Below, piece after piece: positions 19,410 through 28,923 of a stretch of 64,000 nucleotides of DNA (its first letter is position 1; the number at the start of each line of letters is the position of its first letter). A program made the translations under genes and the position numbers. Origin of the DNA: Cyanobacteriota bacterium (GTDB taxonomy: Bacteria; Cyanobacteriota; Cyanobacteriia; Cyanobacteriales; Nostocaceae); the NCBI GenBank assembly GCA_046045965.1, contig JBJOKS010000022.1, positions 49,224 to 113,223 on the forward strand. The letters are read 5' to 3'. The notes under the pieces were generated by a model that saw only the letters and a program-made list of their open reading frames with translations, did not search any database and was not told where the DNA came from.

Positions 19410-20220
19410 GAACTTGTGGCGACTGTGCAAACTCAATAAATGCTTGATCTAAGCCTTGGGGCTGGGTTTTAGTAACCAAATTTAGGGAACGGGAAAGGGG
19501 AAATGTCCCATTTTTGACATTCTCTGTAGTGGCGGCAATTCCATTTAGAGGTAATAATTTAATAGGAACGCCGTTGTTAATACTAAATTCAGCCGTACCA
19601 ATTGATACGTAACCAATGGCATTGGGATTACCTGCTACTGTCTTAATTCCCTGCTGGTTATCTCCTATGACAACCGATGATTTAATATCGTTATTTTTGA
19701 GTTGAAAGTAGCTCAGAAACAGTTCTAAAGTAGAACGTCCTTCTGCTTTATTCACAACTGTAATCGGTGCATTTTTGCCGCTAACCTGTTGCCAATTGTT
19801 AATTTTACCAGTGTAAATATCCACAACTTGTTGATTTGACAAGGATTTTACTGGATTATCTTTGTGTAAAATTATGCCAATTCCATCTCTAGCAATTGAA
19901 AAAGCTTGTAGGTCTTTTTCTTCATCTTTGAGGCTACGAGAAATCATCCCAATATTAGCAACGCCTGTACGAGCATCAGCAATACCACGAGATGAACCTC
20001 CGGTTTGTACATCCACTCGCACATCAGGATGCTCTGATTCAAATTGCTTACCAATTTCTGCTACCAACGGTGCTACTGTACTAGAACCTGTTAAAATTAA
20101 CTTTCCTTGCAGCTTGTCGGTTGCTTGAGTAGCTGTTTTTGCAGGTTGTGTGCAAGATTGTAGACCTAAACTAATGGTGGTAGCAACAGTTATAAATGCT
20201 AGTGTGTTAAGTTGTTTCAT
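19366..20220 (-). CDS. pstS: Phosphate-binding lipoprotein
   Basis: Lipobox LQSC; GSSTV, GGSSRG, IARDG, NAIGYVS. Confidence 0.9.
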   Translation of the reverse strand: MKQLNTLAFITVATTISLGLQSCTQPAKTATQATDKLQGKLILTGSSTVAPLVAEIGKQFESEHPDVRVDVQTGGSSRGIADARTGVANIGMISRSLKDEEKDLQAFSIARDGIGIILHKDNPVKSLSNQQVVDIYTGKINNWQQVSGKNAPITVVNKAEGRSTLELFLSYFQLKNNDIKSSVVIGDNQQGIKTVAGNPNAIGYVSIGTAEFSINNGVPIKLLPLNGIAATTENVKNGTFPLSRSLNLVTKTQPQGLDQAFIEFAQSPQVHDIVKKQDFVPISK

Positions 20221-20242
20221 CGAATAATTGCGTTAAAACTTT

Positions 20243-20551
20243 TTATTCAAAAGAGAGCAGACAACAGCCTAAATCAATTGCTTTACCAGTGTTAATTTGT
20301 CGAATGCTAGGAACAAAATGGTAAAGTACCGCCTTACCATCTCGTTGTGCTTCTACAAAACCTGCTTCTCGCAATATTTTTAAATGGTGGGATAATAAAC
20401 TCTGCTCCAGCTTTAAGAAAGAATTCAGTTCCCCTACGTGCTTTGGTCCTTCCATCAGTATTTTGAGAACAGATAGACGAGTTGTATCCGCTAACACTTT
20501 AAGTTGACAAGCGCAGAAATCTGAAGATGTTAAATTTTTAGGGTTCATCAT
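20243..20551 (-). CDS. ArsR/SmtB family transcriptional regulator
   Basis: LKVLADTTRLSVL..SHHLKILREAGFV wHTH; C-terminal GCC. Confidence 0.9.
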   Translation of the reverse strand: MMNPKNLTSSDFCACQLKVLADTTRLSVLKILMEGPKHVGELNSFLKLEQSLLSHHLKILREAGFVEAQRDGKAVLYHFVPSIRQINTGKAIDLGCCLLSFE

Positions 20552-20725
20552 CTACCATTGGTATAATTTGAATGGCTATTGATATGAAAAATTTTTCAAT
20601 TCTAAATTATAGTTGTTTTCTGCTACAGAGTGGTAGAAGTTGTGGATGTTAGATCAGGACTTAAGCAAAAACACGAAAAATTAAGGGGTGATGAAAAGAT
20701 GAACTTTCGTTTTTGTCCCGCTATC

Positions 20726-20760
20726 CATCCCCACCCTATAGAGGGATGGGGAATTTCGCG
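20726..20760. mobile_element. IS200/IS605-type end hairpin remnant
   Basis: CATCCCCACCCTATAGAGGGATGGGGAATTTCGCG imperfect GC-rich palindrome resembling IS605-family subterminal hairpins; no transposase nearby. Confidence 0.5.
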
Positions 20761-20792
20761 GATATTTGGTAAAACTCCTACACCCTGTCGAA

Positions 20793-21341
20793 TCAATAAT
20801 TTCCAGCCCATGTTATCCATGTATGGGATAAACATAAGTGCAGAACTTCCTGGGTTGTCTCTGGTTCAGAAATGATTGCATTAGTTAAATCTGCTTTATT
20901 GAGTTCTGACTCCTCGATATTGCTACCCATCAAATTTGTTTTTTGAAGATTAGCACCACTGAAGTCAGCACCACTGATATCTGCTTCACGGAGATTTGCA
21001 CCCTCTAGGTTAGCCAACTTTAGATTTGCACCTCGCAAGTCTGCACGACTGAGGTTGGTTTCCTGAAAATTAGCTCTCGTTAAGTCAGCACCAATCAAAT
21101 TTACTTGACTCAAGTTTGCACCTTGCAAATTTGCACCATTGAGATCAGCATTAGTCAAGTTTGCGCGACTGAAGTTGCAGTTACTCAAATTTGCTTCACT
21201 TAAATCAGCACCACTCAAGTCAGCTTCTGATAAATTAACTCCAGTTAATTCAGCTTTTGTTAGCTTGACTTGATGTAGAATTGCTCCTTGAAAATTCCGC
21301 TGTCCTGATTTATATTCATTCAGGAAGCTGATACTATCCAT
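20793..21341 (-). CDS. Pentapeptide repeat protein
   Basis: YKSGQRNF start followed by A(D/N)Lxx repeats. Confidence 0.92.
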   Translation of the reverse strand: MDSISFLNEYKSGQRNFQGAILHQVKLTKAELTGVNLSEADLSGADLSEANLSNCNFSRANLTNADLNGANLQGANLSQVNLIGADLTRANFQETNLSRADLRGANLKLANLEGANLREADISGADFSGANLQKTNLMGSNIEESELNKADLTNAIISEPETTQEVLHLCLSHTWITWAGNY

Positions 21342-21528
21342 AGTTCACCTCTCTATGTCTATAGGTGAGTTCAACTCCTCAAACCACACAAAAGACAATC
21401 GGGTTATTCTATTGTGCTAAAGATTTTTGGATTTTAAATCTCTCCTTTAGAGAAAGATACTTAACTTAATGTTAATCCCATGCGTTATGATTAAAATCTA
21501 TTGAGACAGAGAAAAAACAAGTATTAAT

Positions 21529-22161
21529 ATGACGGCTGATTTGATATCTACCATTACGCCTGATTTTTTCAGCATTTTAACCCAAAGCGCGATCGCCTAT
21601 CGACAGGGAAATAAACTTCCTCCGGCTGAGTTAGTAGTCAATGCGTTGTTACAAGCAGAAAAAAATGCCAAACAGCAACGTCTCAATTATCCTTTTGGTT
21701 CTCTCTTCGGTAAATGGCGGCTTTGTTTTGCTACTGGTACTAAGAAAGTCAGAAAGCGTGGGGGAATTATTTTAGGTAAGGGTTTCTATCTACCAAAATT
21801 TGCATCCGCTTATATTTCTTTTAGTCCCAGTTTAGAACAAAGTTTAGAACAATCTGCGGTTAAAGGGGAAATTGCTAATCAAGTACAACTAGGATCTATG
21901 TTGTTAAAACTCACAGGTCCAGCGCAATATTTGGGTAAGAAAAATCTCTTGGCTTTTGATTTTACTCAGATGCAAATTAGTTTATTTAATCGTGTTGTCT
22001 ACAACCAGCAGATTCGTTCTGGTAAAGTTCAATCTGAGGATTTTTATAGTCAAACTATAGCTAAATTACCCTTTTTTGCTTTCTTTTTAATCACTGATGA
22101 TTTTATTGCTGCTCGTGGCCGTGGAGGAGGTTTAGCTATTTGGATTCGAGAAAACAATTAA
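21529..22161 (+). CDS. Hypothetical protein, PAP/fibrillin-like
   Basis: L.GKWRLCF and ARGRGGGLAIW motifs resemble the fibrillin/lipocalin-like fold. Confidence 0.6.
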   Translation: MTADLISTITPDFFSILTQSAIAYRQGNKLPPAELVVNALLQAEKNAKQQRLNYPFGSLFGKWRLCFATGTKKVRKRGGIILGKGFYLPKFASAYISFSPSLEQSLEQSAVKGEIANQVQLGSMLLKLTGPAQYLGKKNLLAFDFTQMQISLFNRVVYNQQIRSGKVQSEDFYSQTIAKLPFFAFFLITDDFIAARGRGGGLAIWIRENN

Positions 22162-22172
22162 AAACCCAAAAT

Positions 22173-23132
22173 CTAAAATCCAAAATTATCTGAAAGAGAT
22201 TTTTCTATTACTTCACTCACAAATTGATTACCTTTAAGATTAAGATGAATGTTATCTTGATAGATACTTTGTGGATTTTCTATTGAGTTAAATTCCGGTA
22301 AAAAATCAATGTATTTAATTTGCTGTTCTTTGGTAAAATCATCTAAACGTTTACGCGCGACAATTTCATAATCACGGGGTCCAGGCTGACCAATTTCTCT
22401 CAATAATGGAGTCATGGCTAGTAGAAATCTACTGTTATTTTCTTGAGCGAAACTGTGAATTTTACCAATGGTTTCTAAATTAATTCCCACGCGATCGCCT
22501 GGTTCTTTTTGCAATGCTTCTAATTCAGGTATGGGTTTTTGTTTAATTAAATAACGCTGTAAAACTTCTATAATTGCTAAAGGCTGTTTACGATCTGGAT
22601 AATTGCGATCGCGTCCCACAGGTAAGGAAGTAGGAGTAGTGGCAAATAAATCATCAGTGTTAATTAATAACACTATAACTTGAGCTTGAAAATTGCCGAA
22701 ACGCCGCAAATAAGCTAATTCGTTTCTCGGTCCCCAGGAATTAGCAGAAGCATTTAAAACTTCTACCTGTTGGTAATTACTCTGAGATTTTTGAGATTTT
22801 AAGGAAGTTTCAATTAAACTAGAAATGGTATTTTGTTGATCTGTCCACCAACCGCCATTAGCAATAGAATCACCTAAAAGCAAAATTCGCAGTGTCGAGC
22901 TTTGAGGTAGCTTTTGTATTGGCGCACTTCGCATAGAATACTGATTAATTTCAATGCGGTTGCCCATTCTGCGGGTGCGTTGATTAGGTGCTAATAAATA
23001 ACCAATTTGTTCATCACCAATATAAATGAGGGGATTACCAAAACCAAACAGCGATCGCAAACCCAACTCTATGATCGCAAATAACCCCACAACTACCGCC
23101 AAAATCACCATCAACACTACTTTCACCTGCAA
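22173..23132 (-). CDS. SGNH/GDSL hydrolase family protein
   Basis: LLGDS, NTDD, DNIH; N-terminal TM helix. Confidence 0.85.
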   Translation of the reverse strand: MQVKVVLMVILAVVVGLFAIIELGLRSLFGFGNPLIYIGDEQIGYLLAPNQRTRRMGNRIEINQYSMRSAPIQKLPQSSTLRILLLGDSIANGGWWTDQQNTISSLIETSLKSQKSQSNYQQVEVLNASANSWGPRNELAYLRRFGNFQAQVIVLLINTDDLFATTPTSLPVGRDRNYPDRKQPLAIIEVLQRYLIKQKPIPELEALQKEPGDRVGINLETIGKIHSFAQENNSRFLLAMTPLLREIGQPGPRDYEIVARKRLDDFTKEQQIKYIDFLPEFNSIENPQSIYQDNIHLNLKGNQFVSEVIEKSLSDNFGF

Positions 23133-23305
23133 TACCTTTCATTGAATAGTATTTACTTATCTATAAATTCCCCAGTCCCCAGTCCCCAGTCCCCAGTCAC
23201 CCATAACCTGTAAATAATAATGTGAATTTAACATCATTAGGTGAACAGAAGAACTACAATCAAAACGGACAGAATGGCAATGTAACAAAGGAGGCTTACA
23301 AAGGT

Positions 23306-23446
23306 ATGTCCGACTTAAATCGCGGAATTATGAAATTTGAAGGTGCAGATTCACCAAAAGTAGTCACAATCTCTACTGTGTTAGTTTTGGGATCAATAGC
23401 AGCACTCATCCTGTGGGCGTTGCAGTCTGCCTATGCGTTAAACTAG
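23306..23446 (+). CDS. ndhQ: NDH-1 complex small subunit Q
   Basis: MSDLNRGIMKFEGADSP plus one TM helix ending WALQSAY, matching the NdhQ pattern (D(F/L)NRGIMKF(D/E)GADSP); SD-like AGGAGG upstream. Confidence 0.8.
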   Translation: MSDLNRGIMKFEGADSPKVVTISTVLVLGSIAALILWALQSAYALN

Positions 23447-23616
23447 GATCATTGATAAGCTTAAAGGACACTGGCAACAAAGGTTTACCTAGCTGCTCAG
23501 TGTCCGTAAAGACATCAAATAGATAGCAAAAAAAATAATTAGAAATAATTCAAATTTAGATTTGCTATTTGCAACTTTAGATGCAATATAAATCTAAAAT
23601 ACAAAAACAACAATAA

Positions 23617-26487
23617 ATGTTTCAGCTTTGGGGTTTATTAGTTATTTTAATTACTTGCCCACTCTTAGGGGCAATGCCGCTAATCGCTTGGATTACTTAC
23701 GCTATCAAGCGTCAGCGATTAGCAAAAATTGGTACAGGAAATATTACCGTCTCCGCTGCTTTCTATCACGGTGGTAAACTCGTAGGTATTCTGGCAGTGC
23801 TGTCGGAAGCATTCAAAGGAATTGCAGCGGTATTAATTGCCCGTATTTTCTTTCCTGAAGGTTCATTTTGGGAATTGATAGCTTTGATCGCCTTAGTTAT
23901 CGGTAGATATACTGTAGGTAGAGGTGCAGGAACGACAAACGTAGTTTGGGGATTTTTGATGCACGATCCCCTAATTGCCGGATTTGTCAGTTTAGTAGCA
24001 GCCATTGGTTTTATCATTCTGCGCTCTAAACAAGCGATCAAATATGGGGTTTTGATTTTATTTCCCGTATTTGTAGCAGTCCTGCATTTTAATGATTTTG
24101 CCAAAATTGTCGCTGCCTTTGCATTAGCGGGGTTAATTGGTTGGATTTATCAACAAATCCCCGATGACATGGATCTGCCAGTCGCAGAAGCAGACACAGA
24201 ATCACAACCCATGATGCAATATTTAAGCGGTGGTGAGCAAACGATTATCACTTTGGACGATGAAATAGAACCAGAAGTATTTGGAGCTAAAGCCGCTACA
24301 TTATCGCAAATTAAACGCTGGGGTTATCCAGTGCCAAAAGGATGGATTTTAGCGCCGTTTGATGATCCTGGGATGTTGATTGATTTTCTGCAACCATCAT
24401 CACTTTCACCCTTGGTAGTGCGTTCCTCAGCTATTGGGGAAGACTCAGAACAAGCTTCTGCGGCTGGACAATACGAAACAGTGTTGAATGTTACGAATAA
24501 ACAAGAATTAGAAACAGCGATCGCTCAAGTCCAAGCCTCCTATAATCATCCTGCGGCTGTCCAATATCGGCGCGATCTTGGTGCTAAAGATGCAGCCATG
24601 GCCGTACTCATTCAACCCCAAGTCCAAAGTGTATATTCTGGGGTCGCCTTTAGCCGTGATCCTATCGTCCAACAAGGTGATGCGGTAGTGATTGAAGCAG
24701 TATCAGGAAGTCCTGCACAAGTTGTTTCTGGAAAAATCACACCAGAACAATATCGAGTGTTTGTTGTAGGTGAAGAGAAGTTATCAACTTTACAGTTTGA
24801 GGGAGAAGGAAAAATTCCCCAAGCATTAATTAAGCAAGTAGCGTACCTAGCTCGACGACTAGAAAAACGTTATCATGGCATTCCCCAAGATGTAGAGTGG
24901 AGTTATGACGGACAAACTCTCTGGGTATTGCAAGCAAGACCAATTACCACCCTCCTACCACTTTGGACAAGGAAAATAGCCGCTGAAGTCATTCCCGGTG
25001 TGATTCATCCCTTAACTTGGTCGATTAATTTACCCTTAACTTGTGGGATGTGGGGTGAACTGTTTACTTTAGTTTTAGGCGATCGCTCTCGTGATTTAGA
25101 TTTTACCAAAATGGCGACGCTGCATTACTCTAGAGCCTATTTTAATGCTTCTTTCTTAGGGGAAGTTTTTCTAGAAATGGGTTTACCGCCAGAAAGTTTG
25201 GATTTTTTAACTAGAGGTGCAAAAATGAGTAAACCCCCTCTAGCTTCAACTTGGGAGAATTTACCAGGACTGACAAAGCTGCTACAGCGAGAAATCAGCT
25301 TAGAAAAGGAATTTAAGCAGGATTATCGCACAAGGTTTATTCCTGGGTTGACAAAATTAGCAAATGAACTAATTGAGGAATTATCAGCACCTCAGTTATT
25401 AGGCCGAATTGACTTGATTCTCGATTTGCTCAACCAAGGTACTTACTACAGTATTTTATCTCCCTTGAGTGCTGCCATCCGTCAAGCAGTTTCTGGGGTG
25501 AAGGATGAAAAAATTGATCATAGTATCACTCCCGAAATTTCATCATTGCGATCGCTGAGAATTTTAGCCGCAGATGCCAAAGAAATATTACCTGAGTTTG
25601 ACCCAGGGAGAGTTTTTGAAGACTTGGCGCAAACTCCAGAAGGTGAAAGGATTTTGGATGATTTTGCCGAAATACTGGAAGATTACGGTTATTTAAGTGA
25701 GGTAGGAACTGATATTTCTGTACCCACCTGGAAAGAACAGCCTCACCTAGTCAAACAATTGTTTATCCAGTTCATGGAAACAAGTGAACCAGCAAATGGG
25801 GATGACTCCAGAAAGCGTCAGCAAGGTTTTGTCCAAAGCCGTGTGGATCTTAAAGGAAGAGTCACAGAAGTTTATTCTCGCTTGTTAGCTGAATTGCGCT
25901 GGACTTTTTTAGCTTTAGAAAAGATTTGGCTGCAAAATGGTTTATTACAACAAACGGGGGATATCTTCTTTTTAAGATTGGGTGAAGTGCGACGTTTAGC
26001 CGCAAATGCTGATCCAGAACTAAGAAATCAACTTTCAGCATTATTGCAAAAACGGCGATCGCAATTTCTCCAAGATAGCCAAATTACTCAAATTCCCCCT
26101 CTAGTTTATGGCAACAATCCCCCCCATCCTATCGCCTCTCCAATAGATACCTCTGACCATATCTTACTAGGCATTCCCGCCAGTCAAGGACAAGCCGCAG
26201 GACAAGTTAAGGTGGTGAGAAATTTACAGGAAGTAGGCGAAATTAATAAGGGGACAATTCTTGTCGTACCTTATACAGATTCCGGTTGGGCTACCATCTT
26301 AGTCAGGGCAGGAGGAGTCATAGCCGAAGCTGGTGGTAAACTTTCTCATGGGGCGATAGTTGCCCGTGAATACGGTATTCCCGCAGTCATGGATGTACGA
26401 GGTGCTACCTATCTGCTCCAGGATGGTCAACAAGTACGCATTGATGGTTCTAAAGGAATTGTCGAACTAGAGGAATTTTTAGCCTAA
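23617..26487 (+). CDS. PlsY-like membrane domain fused to PEP/pyruvate-binding (ATP-grasp) and phosphohistidine swivel domains
   Basis: GTGNITVS..EAFKG (PlsY-like); GAKAATL, VRSSA.GED..SAAGQY, DVEW, LQARPIT; GGKLSHGAIVAREYGIPAV. Confidence 0.85.
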   Translation: MFQLWGLLVILITCPLLGAMPLIAWITYAIKRQRLAKIGTGNITVSAAFYHGGKLVGILAVLSEAFKGIAAVLIARIFFPEGSFWELIALIALVIGRYTVGRGAGTTNVVWGFLMHDPLIAGFVSLVAAIGFIILRSKQAIKYGVLILFPVFVAVLHFNDFAKIVAAFALAGLIGWIYQQIPDDMDLPVAEADTESQPMMQYLSGGEQTIITLDDEIEPEVFGAKAATLSQIKRWGYPVPKGWILAPFDDPGMLIDFLQPSSLSPLVVRSSAIGEDSEQASAAGQYETVLNVTNKQELETAIAQVQASYNHPAAVQYRRDLGAKDAAMAVLIQPQVQSVYSGVAFSRDPIVQQGDAVVIEAVSGSPAQVVSGKITPEQYRVFVVGEEKLSTLQFEGEGKIPQALIKQVAYLARRLEKRYHGIPQDVEWSYDGQTLWVLQARPITTLLPLWTRKIAAEVIPGVIHPLTWSINLPLTCGMWGELFTLVLGDRSRDLDFTKMATLHYSRAYFNASFLGEVFLEMGLPPESLDFLTRGAKMSKPPLASTWENLPGLTKLLQREISLEKEFKQDYRTRFIPGLTKLANELIEELSAPQLLGRIDLILDLLNQGTYYSILSPLSAAIRQAVSGVKDEKIDHSITPEISSLRSLRILAADAKEILPEFDPGRVFEDLAQTPEGERILDDFAEILEDYGYLSEVGTDISVPTWKEQPHLVKQLFIQFMETSEPANGDDSRKRQQGFVQSRVDLKGRVTEVYSRLLAELRWTFLALEKIWLQNGLLQQTGDIFFLRLGEVRRLAANADPELRNQLSALLQKRRSQFLQDSQITQIPPLVYGNNPPHPIASPIDTSDHILLGIPASQGQAAGQVKVVRNLQEVGEINKGTILVVPYTDSGWATILVRAGGVIAEAGGKLSHGAIVAREYGIPAVMDVRGATYLLQDGQQVRIDGSKGIVELEEFLA

Positions 26488-26590
26488 TGGGGACTGGGTA
26501 TTGGGGACTGGGGACTGGGGACTGGGGACTGGGGACTGGGGACTGGGTTATTAATCTCCCCCTGCTTCCCCTGCCTCCCCTGCTTCCCTG
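26488..26590. repeat. STRR arrays (GGGGACT)n and CCCCTGC-type
   Basis: Tandem repeats between convergent genes. Confidence 0.9.
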
Positions 26591-26594
26591 GTTC

Positions 26595-28217
26595 CTACAA
26601 AAATCCCCGTTTACCATTAGGGCGCACTGTCAGCCAATTAATCTTTGCTAATGCCAGTTGCTCATCAGTAACCTTAGCACCAGTGAGATTAGCACCACAC
26701 AAATTAGCACCTCGGAGATTAGCCTGACTCATATAAGCATAACTGAGGTCTGCACCTCTGAGGTCTGCCCCATCTAAATCAGCATGACTCAAATAAGCTT
26801 TAGTCAAATTAGCATCCTTGAGATTCGCCTCTTTCAGACTAGCCCTCCCAAAGTCAGTATTTTCGAGATTAGCATCTTGCAGGTTGGTTTTTGTCAATTG
26901 AGCGCCGTGGAAATTAGTTCCCGATAAATCCGCACCTTGTAAGTTCAACAGACAGATATTGTATGAAGCAAAATCCCGCCTTCCCTTAGTATAGGCTGTT
27001 AGCAAATCTTGGGAATTTAATTTGCGGTTAACTTGAGAACCACTGCTGTTACTGTTAACCAGATTTGAAGATTTGGTGATGAATTGTTTACGCTCTCTTC
27101 GTCCAGCCTGTAATCCAGAAGTTTCTCCTAATTTAGCTCGTCTAGCACGAATCGCAGCCGCAACCTGGGCTACACCATTATTATCATTGGCAGCAGACTC
27201 CTTGAACAAAACAGCAGAATTGTCTGGACGGTTGTTAATTCGCTCTTTAACATCCACATCAGATTTAACATCAGACTTAACTATTAACCCCTTAGCTAAA
27301 CTGTCTAGATATGGTTCCATATCTAACGCTCTCAGTACCTCTGGGGCTGACTGGTAGCGATTGCGAACTGAAACTTCCAACATTTTTTTTAACACGCTTG
27401 TGAAATGCTCACTCAAATCCACAAGCTGTTCCCACATAATTTCTCCCGTTGTGGGATTGTATGGCAAGTCTTTGGGAGTTTTAGCAGTCAATAGATAAAT
27501 ACAGGTGATACCTAGCGCATAGATATCGCTGGCGTAAACTGGACGCATAGCCATTTGTTCAGGAGGAGCAAAACCTGGTGTACCAATGGCATAGGCTGTT
27601 AACGCTGTCTGTCCTGCTGGGTTAGGCGCAGTTTGGCTAACTTGGTTTTTGACAGCGCCAAAATCAATCAGTACCAGTCTTGCATCCTGAGAGCGGCGAA
27701 TTAAGTTAGCTGGTTTGATATCACGGTGAATTACCTTTAGCTCATGGATGTATTGCAGTAGTGGCAGAATCTCGCTTAAGAACTGTTTCACTCCCGCTTC
27801 GCTATAGCATCCAATTTTTTTCACTTCCTGTTGGAGAGTAGCACCACTGATGTATTCCTGAACCAAGTAAAATTGGTTATCCTGTTTAAAATAGTCTAGT
27901 AGCCGTGGTATTTGTGGATGATTGCCAATCTTACCCAAGGTTTTAGCTTCTCTCTCAAACAACTCCTCTGCCATCTGCAATATATGTGGGGCTGTTCCTG
28001 ATGGACGTAGCTGCTTGATAACACAGCTGGGTTTTCCAGGTAAGACTTCATTCTGGGCTAAAAACGTTGCTCCGAAGCCTCCCTGACCTAATTGTTTGAT
28101 TGCTCGATATTGACCGCATTTACCGCTCAACAGTAGTGGAGCGCCACAAGATTCACACCTTTGGACAGATGCCAAATTTTTTGGATGGGGACAGGTAGGA
28201 TTGAAGCAGTAGCTCAT
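26595..28217 (-). CDS. Ser/Thr protein kinase with C-terminal pentapeptide repeats (SpkB-like)
   Basis: N-terminal YCFNPTC..C..CG; GQGGFG, HRDIKPAN, DFG, GTPGFAPPE; A(D/N)L repeats. Confidence 0.92.
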   Translation of the reverse strand: MSYCFNPTCPHPKNLASVQRCESCGAPLLLSGKCGQYRAIKQLGQGGFGATFLAQNEVLPGKPSCVIKQLRPSGTAPHILQMAEELFEREAKTLGKIGNHPQIPRLLDYFKQDNQFYLVQEYISGATLQQEVKKIGCYSEAGVKQFLSEILPLLQYIHELKVIHRDIKPANLIRRSQDARLVLIDFGAVKNQVSQTAPNPAGQTALTAYAIGTPGFAPPEQMAMRPVYASDIYALGITCIYLLTAKTPKDLPYNPTTGEIMWEQLVDLSEHFTSVLKKMLEVSVRNRYQSAPEVLRALDMEPYLDSLAKGLIVKSDVKSDVDVKERINNRPDNSAVLFKESAANDNNGVAQVAAAIRARRAKLGETSGLQAGRRERKQFITKSSNLVNSNSSGSQVNRKLNSQDLLTAYTKGRRDFASYNICLLNLQGADLSGTNFHGAQLTKTNLQDANLENTDFGRASLKEANLKDANLTKAYLSHADLDGADLRGADLSYAYMSQANLRGANLCGANLTGAKVTDEQLALAKINWLTVRPNGKRGFL

Positions 28218-28567
28218 GCACTCTTAACTCGCTGCACGACAAATGAGGGAGAAAATTGGACTCTTATTACATTATTGAGCGCAAATTTCAATGTTGTCAG
28301 GTAATTTTTGCGGGAATATCTTTAAAGATTTCCTAAACTTATAGTGATGTTAATTCAAATTATAGCAAATCACTGAGAATTTTCTATACTTAGAATTAAA
28401 ACTATTTTCTGCACTATTATCTCATTAAAAGAATGCCATAAGTGCTGATTTTTTTATGTAAAATTTACGTAAAATAGTTTTTTTTTGATACAAATTATCT
28501 AGATAATGAATACTATTAATATTTACGTATACTACTTAGATATACTTTCCATGAAATTACTTGCAAA

Positions 28568-28595
28568 TAACGCATGAATGATTGTTTATGTGTTA
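28568..28595. promoter_or_regulatory. SmtB/ArsR-type operator inverted repeat upstream of the metallothionein gene
   Basis: TAACGCATGAA-TGATTG-TTTATGTGTTA imperfect palindrome about 35 bp upstream of the smtA start. Confidence 0.65.
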
Positions 28596-28629
28596 TTGTG
28601 TTATTTACAATCTCAGAATGGAGAGATGT

Positions 28630-28791
28630 ATGACTAACGTCAATCAAATGAAATGCGCCTGTCCGAGTTGCTTGTGCATCGTTTCCCTAGAAAACGCAGT
28701 CCTCAAAGAAGGTAAATATTATTGCTCTGATGGCTGTGCTGAGGGACATGAAACTATCCAAGGCTGTGGCCATAAAGGATGTGGCTGTTAA
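28630..28791 (+). CDS. smtA: Bacterial metallothionein (SmtA/BmtA)
   Basis: KCACPSCLC..YYCSDGCAEGH..GCGHKGCGC; 53 aa from ATG 28630. Confidence 0.95.
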   Translation: MTNVNQMKCACPSCLCIVSLENAVLKEGKYYCSDGCAEGHETIQGCGHKGCGC

Positions 28792-28796
28792 TACGC

Positions 28797-28850
28797 AGGG
28801 AATAGGGAATAGGGAATAGGGAATAGGGAATAGGGAATAGGGAATAGGGA
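28797..28850. repeat. STRR (AGGGAAT)n
   Basis: Tandem heptamers. Confidence 0.92.
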
Positions 28851-28923
28851 ACAGGGCGAATTTTCACTCTTTCCCTTACTCTTATTCCCATATCCCTATC
28901 TTTCTGTTTCCAGTAACAAGAGG

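Noticed and set aside
17908..20128. Plus-strand ORFs inside the pst operon, and similar shadow ORFs in the ATPase, hemL, porin, kaiC and the glycosyltransferase
   Set aside because: Antisense shadows of well-supported genes
20623..20875. ORFs of 70 and 81 aa between arsR and the pentapeptide gene
   Set aside because: They span mobile-element remnants, with no protein motif
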